Shown here: one piece after another, positions 12,901 through 25,700 of the stretch
Numbering within the stretch: position 1 is the stretch's first letter
Layout: the number at the start of each line of letters is the position of its first letter
From: Eledone cirrhosa
Taxonomy: Eukaryota
NCBI GenBank assembly: GCA_964016885.1
Contig: OZ024744.1
Coordinates: forward strand, 17,794,001-17,858,000
Reading direction: 5' to 3'
DNA length: 64,000 nucleotides
Notes under the pieces: generated by a model
Seen by the model: only the letters and a program-made list of their open reading frames with translations
Told to the model about the DNA's origin: nothing
The model's database searches: none
Position numbers and translations under genes: made by a program

Positions 12901-15900
12901 CTTTGTGTATGTCTGTGTCACTGTGTACGTCACTGTGTGTTTCTGTATGTATGTGTCACTGTCTATGTCACTGTATGTTTCTGAATGTCTGTGTCACTGT
13001 GTATGTCACTGTGTGTTTCTGTATGTCTGTGTCACACTGTATATCACTGTATCTTTGTGTAGGTCTCTGTCACCGTGTATGTCACTGTGAGTTTCTGTAT
13101 GTCTGTGTCACTGTGTATGTCACAGTGTGTTTCTGTATGTATGTGTCACTGTATGTTTCTGTATGTCTGTGTCACTGTGTATGTCACTGTATCTTTGTGT
13201 ATGTCTGTGTCACGGTGTATATCACTGTATGTTTGTGTATGTCTGTGTCACTCTATATGTCACTGTACGTTTGTGTATGTCTGTGTGACTGTGTATGTCA
13301 CTGTATGTTTCTGTATGTCTGTGTCACTGTGTATGTCACTGTGTGTTTCTGTATGTCTGTGTCACTGTGTATGTCACTGTATCTTTGTGTATGTCTGTGT
13401 CACTGTGTACGTCACTGTGTGTTTCTGTATGTATGTGTCACTGTCTACGTCACTGTATGTTTCTGAATGTCTGTGTCACTGTGTATGTCACTGTGTGTTT
13501 CTGTATGTCTGTGTCACGGTGTATGTCACTGTATGTTTGTGTGTGTCTGTGTCACTGTGTATGTCACTGTGTGTTTGTGTATGTCTGTGTCACTGTATGT
13601 TTCTGTATGTCTGTGTCACTGTGTATGTCACTGTGTGTTTCTGTATGTCTGTGTCACCGTGTATGTCACTGTATCTTTGTGTATGCCTGTGTCACTGTGT
13701 ATGTCACTGTGTGATTCTGTATGTCTGTGTCTTTGTCTATGTCACTGTGTGTTTGCGTGTGTCTGTGTCACTGTGTATGTCACTGTTTGTTTGTGTATGT
13801 CTGTGTCACTGTGTGTGTTTCTGTATGTCTGTGTCACTGTGTATGTCACTGTATTTTTCTGTATGTCTGTGTCACTGTGTATGTCACTGTATCTTTGTGT
13901 ATGTATGTGTCCCTGTGTATGTCACTGTATGTTTCTGTATGTCTGTGTCACTGTGTATGTCACTGTGTGTTTCTGTATGTCTGTGTCACTGTGTATGTCA
14001 CTGTATCTTTGTGTATGTCTGTGTCACCGTGTATGTCACTGTATGTTTCTGTATGTCTGCGTCACTGTGTATGTCACTGTATGTTTCTGTATGTCTGTAT
14101 CACTGTGTATGTCACTGTATGTTTCTGTATGTCTGTGTCAATGTGTATGTCACTGTATCTTCGTGTATGTATGTGTCCCTGTGTATGTCACTGTATGTTT
14201 CTGTATGTCTGTGTCACTGTGTATATCACTGTATGTTTCTGTATGTCTGTGTCACTGTCTATCTCACTGTATGTTTCTGAATGTCTGTGTCACTGTGTAT
14301 GTCACTGTGCGTTTCTGTATGTCTGTGTCACTGTGTATGTCACTGTGTGTTTGTGTATGTCTGTGTCACTGTGTATGTCACTGTGTGTTTCTGTATGTCT
14401 GTGTCACTGTGTAAGTCATTGTATGTTTGTGTATGTCTGTGGCACTCTGTATGTCATTGTGTGTTTCTGTATGTCTGTGTGACTGTCTATGTCACTGTAT
14501 ATTTGTGTATGTCTGTGACACTGTGTATGTCAATGTGTGTTTCTGTATGTATGTGTCTCTGTGTATGTCACTGTATCTTTGTGTATGTATGTGTCACTGT
14601 GTATGTCACTGTGTGTTTGTGTATGACTGTGTCACTGTGTATGTTACTGTGAGTTTCTGTATGTCTGTGTCACGGTGTATGTCACTGTATATTTGTGTAT
14701 GTCTGTGTCAGTGTGTATGTCACTGGGTGTTTCTGTATGTCTGTGTCACACTGTATATCACTGTATCTTTGTGTAGGTATGTGTCCGCGTGTATGTCACT
14801 GTATCTTTATATATGTCTGTGTCACTGTGTATGTCACTGTGAGTTTCTGTATGTATGTGTCACTGTGTATGTCACAGTGTGTTTCTGTATGTCTGTGTCA
14901 CTGTGTATGTCACTGTATGTCTCTGTATGTCTGTGTCACTGTCTATGTCACTGTATATTTGTGTATGTCTGCGTCACTGTGTATGTCACTGTGTGTTTCT
15001 GTATGTCTGTGTCTCTGTGTATGTCACTGTACCTTTGTGTATGTCTGTGTCACTGTGTATATCACTGTATCTTTGTGTATGTCTGTGTCACGGTGTATAT
15101 CATTGTATGTTTGTGTATTCTGTGTCACTCTATATGTCACTGTATGTTTCTGTATGTATGTGTCACTGTGTATGTCAATGTGTGTTTCTGTATCTCTGTG
15201 TCACGGTGTATGTCACTGTATGTTTGTGTATGTCTGTGTGACTGTGTATGTCACTGTATGTTTCTGTATGTCTGTGTCACTGTGTATGTCACTGTGTGTT
15301 TCTGTATGTCTGTGTCACTGTGTATGTCACTGCATCTTTGTATATGTCTGTGTCACTGTGTATGTCACTGTGTATTTCTGTATGTCTGTGTCACTGTCTA
15401 TGTCACTCTATGTTTCTGAATGTCTGTGTCACTGTGTATGTCACTGTGTGTTTCTGTATATCTGTGTCACGGTGTATGTCACTATATGTTTGTGTGTGTC
15501 TGTGTCACTGTGTGTTTCTGTATGTCTGTGTCACCGTGTATGTTACTGTATCTTTGTGTATGCCTGTGTCACTGTGTATGTCACTGTGTGTTTCTGTATG
15601 TCTGTGTCACTGTGTATGTCACTGTGTGTTTCTGTATGTTTGTGACACTGTGTATGTCACTGTGTATGTCAGTGTGTGTTTGTGTATGTCTGTGTCACTG
15701 TATGTTTCTGTATGTCTGTGTCACTGTGTATGTCACTGTGTTTTTGTGTATGTCTGTGTCACTGTGTGGGTTTCTGTATGTCTGTGTCACTGTGTATGTC
15801 ACTGTATGGTTCTGTATGTCTGTGTCACTGTGTATGTCACTGTATCTTTGTGTATGTCTGTGTCACTCTGTATGTCACTGTGTGTTTCTGTATGTCTGTG

Positions 15901-18900
15901 TCATTGTGTATGTCACTGTGTGTTTCTGTATGTCTGTGTCACTGTGTATGTCACTGTATCTTTCTGTATGTCTGTTTCACTGTGTATGTCACTGTGTGTT
16001 TCTGTATGTCTGTGTCACTGTCTATGTCCCTGTATATTTGTGTATGTCTGTGTCACTGTGTATGTCACTGTATCTTTGTGTATGTCTGTGTCACTCTGTA
16101 TGTCACTGTGTGTATGCGTGTGTCTGTGTCACTGTGTATGTCACTGTGTGTTTCTGTATGTCTGTGTGACTGTGTATGTCACTGTGTGTTTGTGTATGTC
16201 TGTGTCACTGTGTGTGTTTCTGTATGTCTGTGTCACTGTATGTTTCTGTATGTCTGTGTCACTGTGTATGTCACTGTATGTTTGTGTATGCCTGTGTCAC
16301 TGTGTATGTCACTGTATGTTTGTGTGTGTCTGTGTCACTGTGTATGTCAATTATGTCTCTGTATGTCTGTGTCAGTGTGTATGTCACTGGGTGTTTCTGT
16401 ATGTCTGTGTCACTCTGTATATCACTGTATCTTTGTGTAGGTCTGTGTCACCGTGTACGTCACTGCATCTTTGTGTATGTCTGTGTCACTGTGTATGTCA
16501 CTATATCTTTGTGTATGTCTGTGTCACTGTGTATGTCACTGTATGTTTCTGTATGTCTGTGTCACTGTGTATGTCACTGTGTGTTTATGTATGTCTGTGT
16601 CACTGTGTATGTCACTGTGTGTTTCTGAATGTCTGTGTCTCTGTGTATGTCACTGTGTGTTTCTGTATGTATGTGTCTCTGTGTATGTCACTGTATCTTT
16701 GTGTATGTCTGTGTCACTGTGTATGTCACTGTGTGTTTCTGTGTGTCTGTGTCACTGTGTATGTCACTGTGTGTTTCTGTATATCTGTGTCTCTGTATAT
16801 GTTTCTGTATCTTTGTGTATGTCTGTGTCACTGTGTATGTCACTGTATCTTTGTGTATGTCTGTGTCACGGTGTATATCACTGTATGTTTCTGTATGTCT
16901 GTGTCACTGTCTATCTCACTGTATGTTTCTGAATGTCTGTGTCACTGTGTATGTCACTGTGCGTTTCTGTATGTCTGTGTCACGGTGTATGACACTGTTT
17001 GTTTGTGTGTGTCTGTGTCCCTGTGTATGTCACTGTGTGTATGTGTATGTCTGTGTCACTGTATGTTTCTGTATGTCTGGGTCACTGTGTATGTCACTGT
17101 GTGTTTCTGTATGTCTGTGTCACTGTGTATGTCACTGAGTCTTTCTGTATGTCTGTGTCACTGTGTAAGTCATTGTATCTTTGTGTATGTCTGTGGCACT
17201 CTGTATGTCATTGTGTGTTTCCGTATGTCTGTGTCACTGTTTATGTCACTGTATCTTTGTGTATGCCTGTGTCACTGTGTATGTCAATGTGTGTTTCTGT
17301 ATGTATGTGTCTCTGTGTATGTCACTGTATCTTTGTGTATGTATGTGTCACTGTGTATGTCACTGTGTGTTTGTGTATGTCTGTGTCACTGCGTATGTTA
17401 CTGTGAGTTTCTGTATGTCTGTGTCACTGTGTATGTCACTGTATATTTCTGTATGTCTGTGTCAGTGTGTATGTCACTGGGTGTTTCTGTATGTCTGTGT
17501 CACACTGTATATCAATGTATCTTTGTGTAGGTCTGTGTCGCCGTGTATGTCACTGTATCTTTATGTATGTCTGTGTCACTGTCTATGTCACTGTATCTTT
17601 GTGTATGTCTGTCACTGTGTATGTCACTGTGTGTTTCTGTATGTCTGTGTCACTGTGTATGTCACTGTGTGTTTCTGTATATCTGTGTCTCTGTGTATGT
17701 CACTGTATCTTTGTGTATGTCTGTGTCACTGTGTATGTCACTGTATCTTTGTGTATGTCTGTGTCACGGTGTATATCACTGTATGTTTGTGAATGTCTGT
17801 GTCACTCTATATGTCACTGTACGTTTGTGTATGTATGTGTGACTGTGTATGTCACTGTATGTTTCTGTATGTCTGTGTCACTGTGTATGTCACTGTGTGT
17901 TTCTGTATGTCTGTGTCACTGTGTATGTCACTGTGTGTTTCTGTATGTTTGTGTCACTGTGTATGTCACTAAATGTTTGTGTGTGTCTGTGTCTCTGTCT
18001 ATGTCACTGTGTGTTTGCGTGTGTCTGTGTCACTGTGTATGTGTCACTGTTTGTTTGTATATGTCTGTGTCACTGTGTGTGTTTCTGTATGTCTGTGTCA
18101 CTGTGCATGTCATTGTATCTTCGTGTATGTCTGTGTCACTGTGTATGTCACTGTATCTTTGTGTATGTCTGTGTCAATCTGTATGTCACTGTGTGTTTCT
18201 GCATGTCTGTGTCACTGTGTATGTCACAGTGTGTTTCTGTATGTATGTGTCACTGTGTATGTCACTGTATGTCTCTGTATGTATGTGTCACTGTCTATGT
18301 CACTGTGTGTTTCTGTATGTCTGTGTCTCTGTGTATGTCACTGTATCTTTGTGTATGTCTGTGTCACTGTGTATGTCACTGTGTGTTTCTGTATGTCTGT
18401 GTCACTGTGTATGTCACTGTGTGTTTCTGTATATATGTGTCTCTGTGTATGTCACTGTATCTTTCTGTATGTCTGTGTCACTGTGTATGCCACTGTATCT
18501 ATGTGTATGTTTGTGTCACGGTGTATATCACTGTATGTTTGTGTATGTCTGTGTCACTCTATATGTCACTGTACGTTTGTTCATGTCTGTGTGACTGTGT
18601 ATGTCACTGTATGTTTCTGTATGTCTGTGTCACTGTGTATGTCACTGTGTGTTTCTGTATGTCTGTGTCACTGTGTATGTCACTGTATCATTGTGTATGC
18701 CTGTGTCACTGTGTATGTCACTGTGTGATTCTGTATGTCTGTGTCACTGTGTATGTCACTGTGTGTTTCTGTATGTTTGTGTCACTGTGTATGTCACTAA
18801 ATGTTTGTGTGTGTCTGTGTCTCTGTCTATGTCACTGTGTGTTTGCGTGTGTCTGTGTCACTGTGTATGTGTCACTGTTTGTTTGTATATGTCTGTCTCA

Positions 18901-19467
18901 CTGTGTGTGTTTCTGTATGTCTGTGTCACTGTGCATGTCATTGTATCTTCGTGTATGTCTGTGTCACTGTGTATGTCACTGTATCTTTGTGTATGTGTGT
19001 GTCAATCTGTATGTCACTGTGTGTTTCTGCATGTCTGTGTCACTGTGTATGTCACTGTATCTTTGTGTATGTATGTGTCCTTGTGTATGTCACTGTATGT
19101 TTCTGAATGTCTGTGTCACTATGTATGTCACTGTGTGTTTCTGTATGTCTATGTCACTGTGTATGTCACTGTATCTTTGTGTATGTCTGTGTCACCGTGT
19201 ATGTCACTGTATGTTTCTGTATGTCTGTGTCACTGTGTATGTCACTGTATGTTTCTGTATGTCTGTGTCACTGTGTATGTCACTGTATGTTTCTGTATGT
19301 CTGTGTCACTGTGTATGTCACTGTGCGTTTCTGTATGTCTGAGTCACGGTGTATGTCACTGTATGTTTGTGTGTGTATGTGTCAATGTGTATGTCACTGT
19401 GTGTTTGTGTATGTCTGTGTCACTGTGTATGTCACTGTGTGTTTCTGTATGTCTGTGTCACTGTGTA
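8340..19467 (+). repeat. ~11.45-kb higher-order duplication, copy 1
   Basis: Rare variants recur at +11,454: TGGGTAGG 8931/20385 and GTGATT 13711/25165. Near-identical ORF translations pair at 8484/19938, 13075/24529, 15248/26702 and 17543/28997. The offset steps through 11,454, 11,226, 11,416, 11,454 and 10,702 because of internal indels. Confidence 0.92.
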
Positions 19468-19793
19468 TGTCACAGTGTGTTTCTGTATGTCTGTGTCTCT
19501 GTGTATGTCACTGTATGTTTGGGCATGTCTGTGTCACTGTGTATGTCACTGTATGTTTGCGTATGTCTGTGTCACTGTGTATGTCACTGTGTGTTTCTGT
19601 ATGTATGTGTCACTGTGTATGTCACTGTATCTTTGTTTATGTCTGTGTCACTGTGGATGTCACTGTATCTCTGTGTATGCCTGTTTTCACTGTGAATGTC
19701 ACTGTGTTTTTCTGTATGTCTGTGTCTCTGTGTATGTCACTGTATGTTTGGGAATATCTGTGTCAATGTGTATGTCACTGTATGTTTGTGTAT

Positions 19794-22700
19794 GTCTGTG
19801 TCACTGTGTATGTCACTGTGTGTTTCTGTATGTATGTGTCACTGTGTATGTCACTGTATATTTGTGTATGTCTGTGTCACTGTGTATATCACTGTGTGCT
19901 TCTGTGTGTCTGTGTCACTGTGTAAGTCATTGTATCTTTGTGTATGTATGTGGCACTCTGTATGTCATTGTGTGTTTCTGTATGTCTGTGTCACTGTCTA
20001 TGTCACTGTATCTTTGTGTATGTCTGTGTCACTGTGTATGTCACTGTATGTTTCTGTATGTCTGTGTCTCTGTGTATATCACTGTATGTTTGTGTGTGTC
20101 AGTGTCACTGTGTATGTCACTGTGTGTTTCTGTGTGTCTGTGTCACTGTGTATGTCACGGTGTGTTTCTGTATGTCTGTGTCACTGTGTATGTCACTGTG
20201 TGTCTGTGTCACTGTGTATGTCACTGTGAGTTTCTGTACGTCTGTGTCACTGTGTATGTCACTGTGTGTTTCTGTATGTCTGTGTCACTGTGTATGTCAC
20301 TCTATGTTTCTGTATGTCTGTGTCACTGTGTATGTAACTGTATGTTTCTGTATGTCTGTGTCACTGTGTATGTCACTGTATATGTGGGTAGGTCTGTGTC
20401 ACTGTGTATGTCAGTGTATGTTTGTGTATGTCTGTGTCACTGTGTATGTCACTGTGTGTTTCTGTGTGTCTGTGTCACTGTGCATGTCACTGTGTGTCTG
20501 TGTCACCGTGTATGTCATTGTGTGTTTGTGTATGTCTGTGTCACTATGTATGTCACTGTGTGTTTCTGTGTGTCTGTGTCACCGTGTATGTCATTGTATC
20601 TTTGTGTATGTGTGTGTCACTGTGTATGTCACTGTGTGTTTCTGTATGTATGTGTCACTGTCTATGTCACTGTGTGTTTCTGTATATCTGTGTCACTGTA
20701 TATGTCACTGTATGTTTGTGTGTGTCTGTGTCACTGTGTATGTCACTGTATCTTTGTGTATGTCTGTGTCACTGTGTATGTCACTGTATCTTTGTGTATG
20801 TCTGTGTCACTGTGTATGTCACTGTATGTTTGTGTATGTCTGTGTCACTGTCTATGTCACTGTATATTTGTGTGTGTCTGTGTCACTGTGTATGTCACTG
20901 TATGTTTCTGAATGTCTGCGTCACTGTGTATGTCACTGTATGTTTGTGTATGTCTGTGTCACTGTGTATGTCGCTGTATGTTTGTGTATGTCTGTGTGTC
21001 TGTGTATGTCACTGTGTGTTTCTGAATGTCTGTGTCACTGTGTATGTCAATGTGTGTTTCTGTATGTCAGTGTCACTGTGTATGTCACTGTATCTTTGTG
21101 TAGGTCTGTGTTACTCTGTATGTCACTGTATCTTTGTGTATGAATGTGTCACTGTGTATGTCACTGTATGTTTCTGTATGTCTGTGTCACTGTGTATGTA
21201 ACTGTGTGTTTCTGTATGTCTGTGTCACTGTGTATGTCACTGTGTGTTTTTGTATGTCTGTGCCACTGTTTATGTCACTGTATGTTTGTGTATGTCTGTG
21301 TCACTGTGTATGTCAATGTGTGTTTATGTATGTCTGTGTCACTGTGTATGTCACTGTATGTTTGTGTATGTATGTGTGACTGTGTATGTCACTGTATGTT
21401 TCTGTATATCTGTGTCACTGTGTATGTCACTGTGTGTTTCTGTATGTCTGTGTCACTGTTTATGTCACTGTATGTTTGTGTATGTCTGTGTCACTGTGTA
21501 TGTCAATGTGTGTTTCTGTATGTCTGTGTCACTGTGTATGTCACTGTATGTTTGTGTATGTATGTGTGACTGTGTATGTCAATGTGTGTTTCTGTAGGTC
21601 TGTGTCACTGTGTATGTCACTGTATGTTTGTGTATGTCTGTGTCACTGTGTATGTCACTGTGTGTCTGTGTCACTGTGTATGTCACTGTGTGTTTTTGTA
21701 TATCTGTGTCACTGTTTATGTCACTGTATGTTTGTGTATGTCTGTGTCACTGTGTATGTCAATGTGTGTTTCTGTATGTCTGTGTCACTGTGTATGTCAC
21801 TGTATGTTTGTGTATGTATGTGTGACTGTGTATGTCACTGTATGTTTCTGTATATCTGTGTCACTGTGTATGTCACTGTGTGTTTCTGTATGTCTGTGTC
21901 ACTGTTTATGTCACTGTATGTTTGTGTATGTCTGTGTCACTGTGTATGTCAATGTCTGTTTCTGTATATCTGTGTCACTGTGCATGTCACTGTATGTTTG
22001 TGTATGTCTGTGTCACTGTGTATGTCACTGTGTGTTTCTGTGTGTCTGTGTCACTGTGTATGTTAGTGTATGTTTCTGTATGTCTGTGTCACTGTGTATG
22101 TCACTGTATCTTTGTGTATGTCTGCGTCACTGTGTATGTCACTGTGTGTTTCTGTATGTCTGTGTCACTCTGTATGTCAGTGTATGTTTCTGTATGTCTG
22201 TTTCACTGTGTATGTCACTGTATCTTTGTGTATGTCTGTGTCACTGTGTACGTCACTGTGTGTTTCTGTATGTCTGTGTCACTGTCTATGTCACTGTATG
22301 TTTCTAAATGTCTGTGTCACAGTGTATGTCACTGTGTGTTTCTGTATGTCTGTGTCAAGGTGTATGTCACTATATGTTTGTGTGTGTCTGTGTCACTGTG
22401 TATGTCACTGTGTGTTTATGTATGTCTGTGTCACTGTATGTTTCAGTATGTATGTGTCACTGTGTATGTCACTGCGTGTTTCTGTATATCTGTGTCACCG
22501 TGTATGTCACTGCATTTTTGTGTATGCCTGTGTCAATGTGTATATCACTGTGTGATTATGTATGTCTTTGTCACTGTGTATGTCACTGTGTGTTTCTGTA
22601 TGTTTGTGTCACTGTGTATGTCACTAAATGTGTGTGTGTGTCTGTGTTTCTGTGTATGTCACTGTGTGTTTGCGTGTGTCTGTGTCACTGTGTATGTCAC

Positions 22701-25700
22701 TGTGTGTGTCTGTATGTCTGTGAGACTGTGTATGTCACTGTTTGTTTGTGTATGTCTGTGTCACTGTGTGTGTTTGAGTATGTCTGTGTCACTGTGTATG
22801 TCATTGTATCTTTGTGTATGTCTGTGTCACTCTGTATGTTACTTTGTGTTTCTGCATGTCTGTGTCACTGTGTATGTCACTGTGTGTTTCTGTATGTCTG
22901 TGTCACTGTGTATGTCACTGTATATTTGTGTGTGTCTGTGTCACTGTGTATGTCACAGTATATTTCTGTATGTCTGTTTCACTCTGTATGTCACTGTGTG
23001 TTTCTGTATGTCTGTGTCACTGTATATGTCACTGTATCTTTGTGTATGCCTGTGTCACTGTCTATGTCACTGTATGTTTCTGTATGTCTGTTTCACTGTG
23101 CATGTCATTGTATCTTTGTGTATGTCTGTGTCACTGTGTATGTCACTGTATCTTTGTGTATGTCTGTGTCACTCTGTATGACACTAAGTGTTTCTGCATG
23201 TCTGTGTCACTGTGTATGTCATTGTGTGTTTCTCTATGTCTGTGTCACTGTGTATGTCACTGTATGTTTCTGTATGTCTGTTTCACTGTGTATGTCACTG
23301 TGTGTTTCTGCATGTCTCTGTCACTCTGTATGTCACTGTATATTTCTGTATGTCTGTGTCACTGTGTATGTCACTGTATCTTTGTGTATGTATGTGTCCC
23401 TGTGTATGTCACTGTATGTTTCTGTATGTCTGTGTCACAGTGTATATCACTGTATGTTTCTGTATGTCTGTGTTACTGTCTATCTAACTGTGTGTTTCCG
23501 AATGTCTATGTCACTGTGTATGTCACTGTGCGTTTCTGTATGTCTGTGTCACGGTGTATGTCACTGTATGTTTGTGTGTGTCTGTGTCACTGTGTATGTC
23601 ACTGTGTGTTTGTGTATGTCTGTGTCACTGTATGTTTCTGTATGTTTGTGTCACTGTGTATGTCACTGTGTGTTTCTGTATGTATGTGTCACTGTGTATG
23701 TCACTGTATGTGTGTGTATGTCTGTGTCACGGTGTATGTCACTGTATCTTTGTGTATGCCTGTGTCACTGTGTATGTCACTGTGTGTTTCTGTATGTCTG
23801 TGTCACTGTGTATGTCACTGTGTGTTTCTATATGTCTGTGTCTCTGTGTATGTCACTGTATCTTTGTGTATGTATGTGTCACTGTGTATGTCACTGTGTG
23901 TTTCTGTATGTTTGTGTCACTGTGTATGTCACTGTGTGTTTCTGCATGTCAGTGTCACTGTGTATGTCACTGTGTGTTTCTGTATGTCTGTGTCACTGTA
24001 TATGTCACTGTATGTTTGTGTATGTCTGTGTCACTGTGTATGTCACTGTGTGTTTCTGTATGTCTGTGTCACTGTGTATGTCACTGTGTGTTTCTATATG
24101 TCTGCGTCACTGTGTTTGTCACTGAGTGTTTCTGTATGTCTGTGTCACTATGTATGTCGCTGTATGTTTGTGTTGTCTGTGTCACTGTGTATGTCACTGT
24201 GCGTTTCTGTATGTATGTATCACTGTGTATGTCACTGTGTGTTTCTGAATGTCTGTGTCACTGTCTATGTCACTGTATCTTTCTGTATGTCTGTGTCACT
24301 GTGTATGTCAATGTGTGTTTCTGTATGTATGTGTCTCTGTGTATGTCACTGTATCTTTGTGTATGTCTGTGTCACTGTGTACGTCACTGTGTGTTTCTGT
24401 ATGTATGTGTCACTGTCTATGTCACTGTATGTTTCTGAATGTCTGTGTCACTGTGTATGTCACTGTGTGTTTCTGTATGTCTGTGTCACACTGTATATCA
24501 CTGTATCTTTGTGTAGGTCTCTGTCACCGTGTATGTCACTGTGAGTTTCTGTATGTCTGTGTCACTGTGTATGTCACAGTGTGTATCTGTATGTATGTGT
24601 CACTGTATGTTTCTGTATGTCTGTGTCACTGTGTATGTCACTGTATCTTTGTGTATGTCTGTGTCACGGTGTATATCACTGTATGTTTGTGTATGTCTGT
24701 GTCACTCTATATGTCACTGTACGTTTGTGTATGTCTGTGTGACTGTGTATGTCACTGTATGTTTCTGTATGTCTGTGTCACTGTGTATGTCACTGTGTGT
24801 TTCTGTATGTCTGTGTCACTGTGTATGTCACTGTATCTTTGTGTATGTCTGTGTCACTGTGTACGTCACTGTGTGTTTCTGTATGTATGTGTCACTGTCT
24901 ACGTCACTGTATGTTTCTGAATGTCTGTGTCACTGTGTATGTCACTGTGTGTTTCTGTATGTCTGTGTCACGGTGTATGTCACTGTATGTTTGTGTGTGT
25001 CTGTGTCACTGTGTATGTCACTGTGTGTTTGTGTATGTCTGTGTCACTGTATGTTTCTGTATGTCTGTGTCACTGTGTATGTCACTGTGTGTTTCTGTAT
25101 GTCTGTGTCACCGTGTATGTCACTGTATCTTTGTGTATGCCTGTGTCACTGTGTATGTCACTGTGTGATTCTGTATGTCTGTGTCTTTGTCTATGTCACT
25201 GTGTGTTTGCGTGTGTCTGTGTCACTGTGTATGTCACTGTTTGTTTGTGTATGTCTGTGTCACTGTGTGTGTTTCTGTATGTCTGTGTCACTGTGTATGT
25301 CACTGTATTTTTCTGTATGTCTGTGTCACTGTGTATGTCACTGTATCTTTGTGTATGTATGTGTCCCTGTGTATGTCACTGTATGTTTCTGTATGTCTGT
25401 GTCACTGTGTATGTCACTGTGTGTTTCTGTATGTCTGTGTCACTGTGTATGTCACTGTATCTTTGTGTATGTCTGTGTCACCGTGTATGTCACTGTATGT
25501 TTCTGTATGTCTGCGTCACTGTGTATGTCACTGTATGTTTCTGTATGTCTGTATCACTGTGTATGTCACTGTATGTTTCTGTATGTCTGTGTCAATGTGT
25601 ATGTCACTGTATCTTCGTGTATGTATGTGTCCCTGTGTATGTCACTGTATGTTTCTGTATGTCTGTGTCACTGTGTATATCACTGTATGTTTCTGTATGT

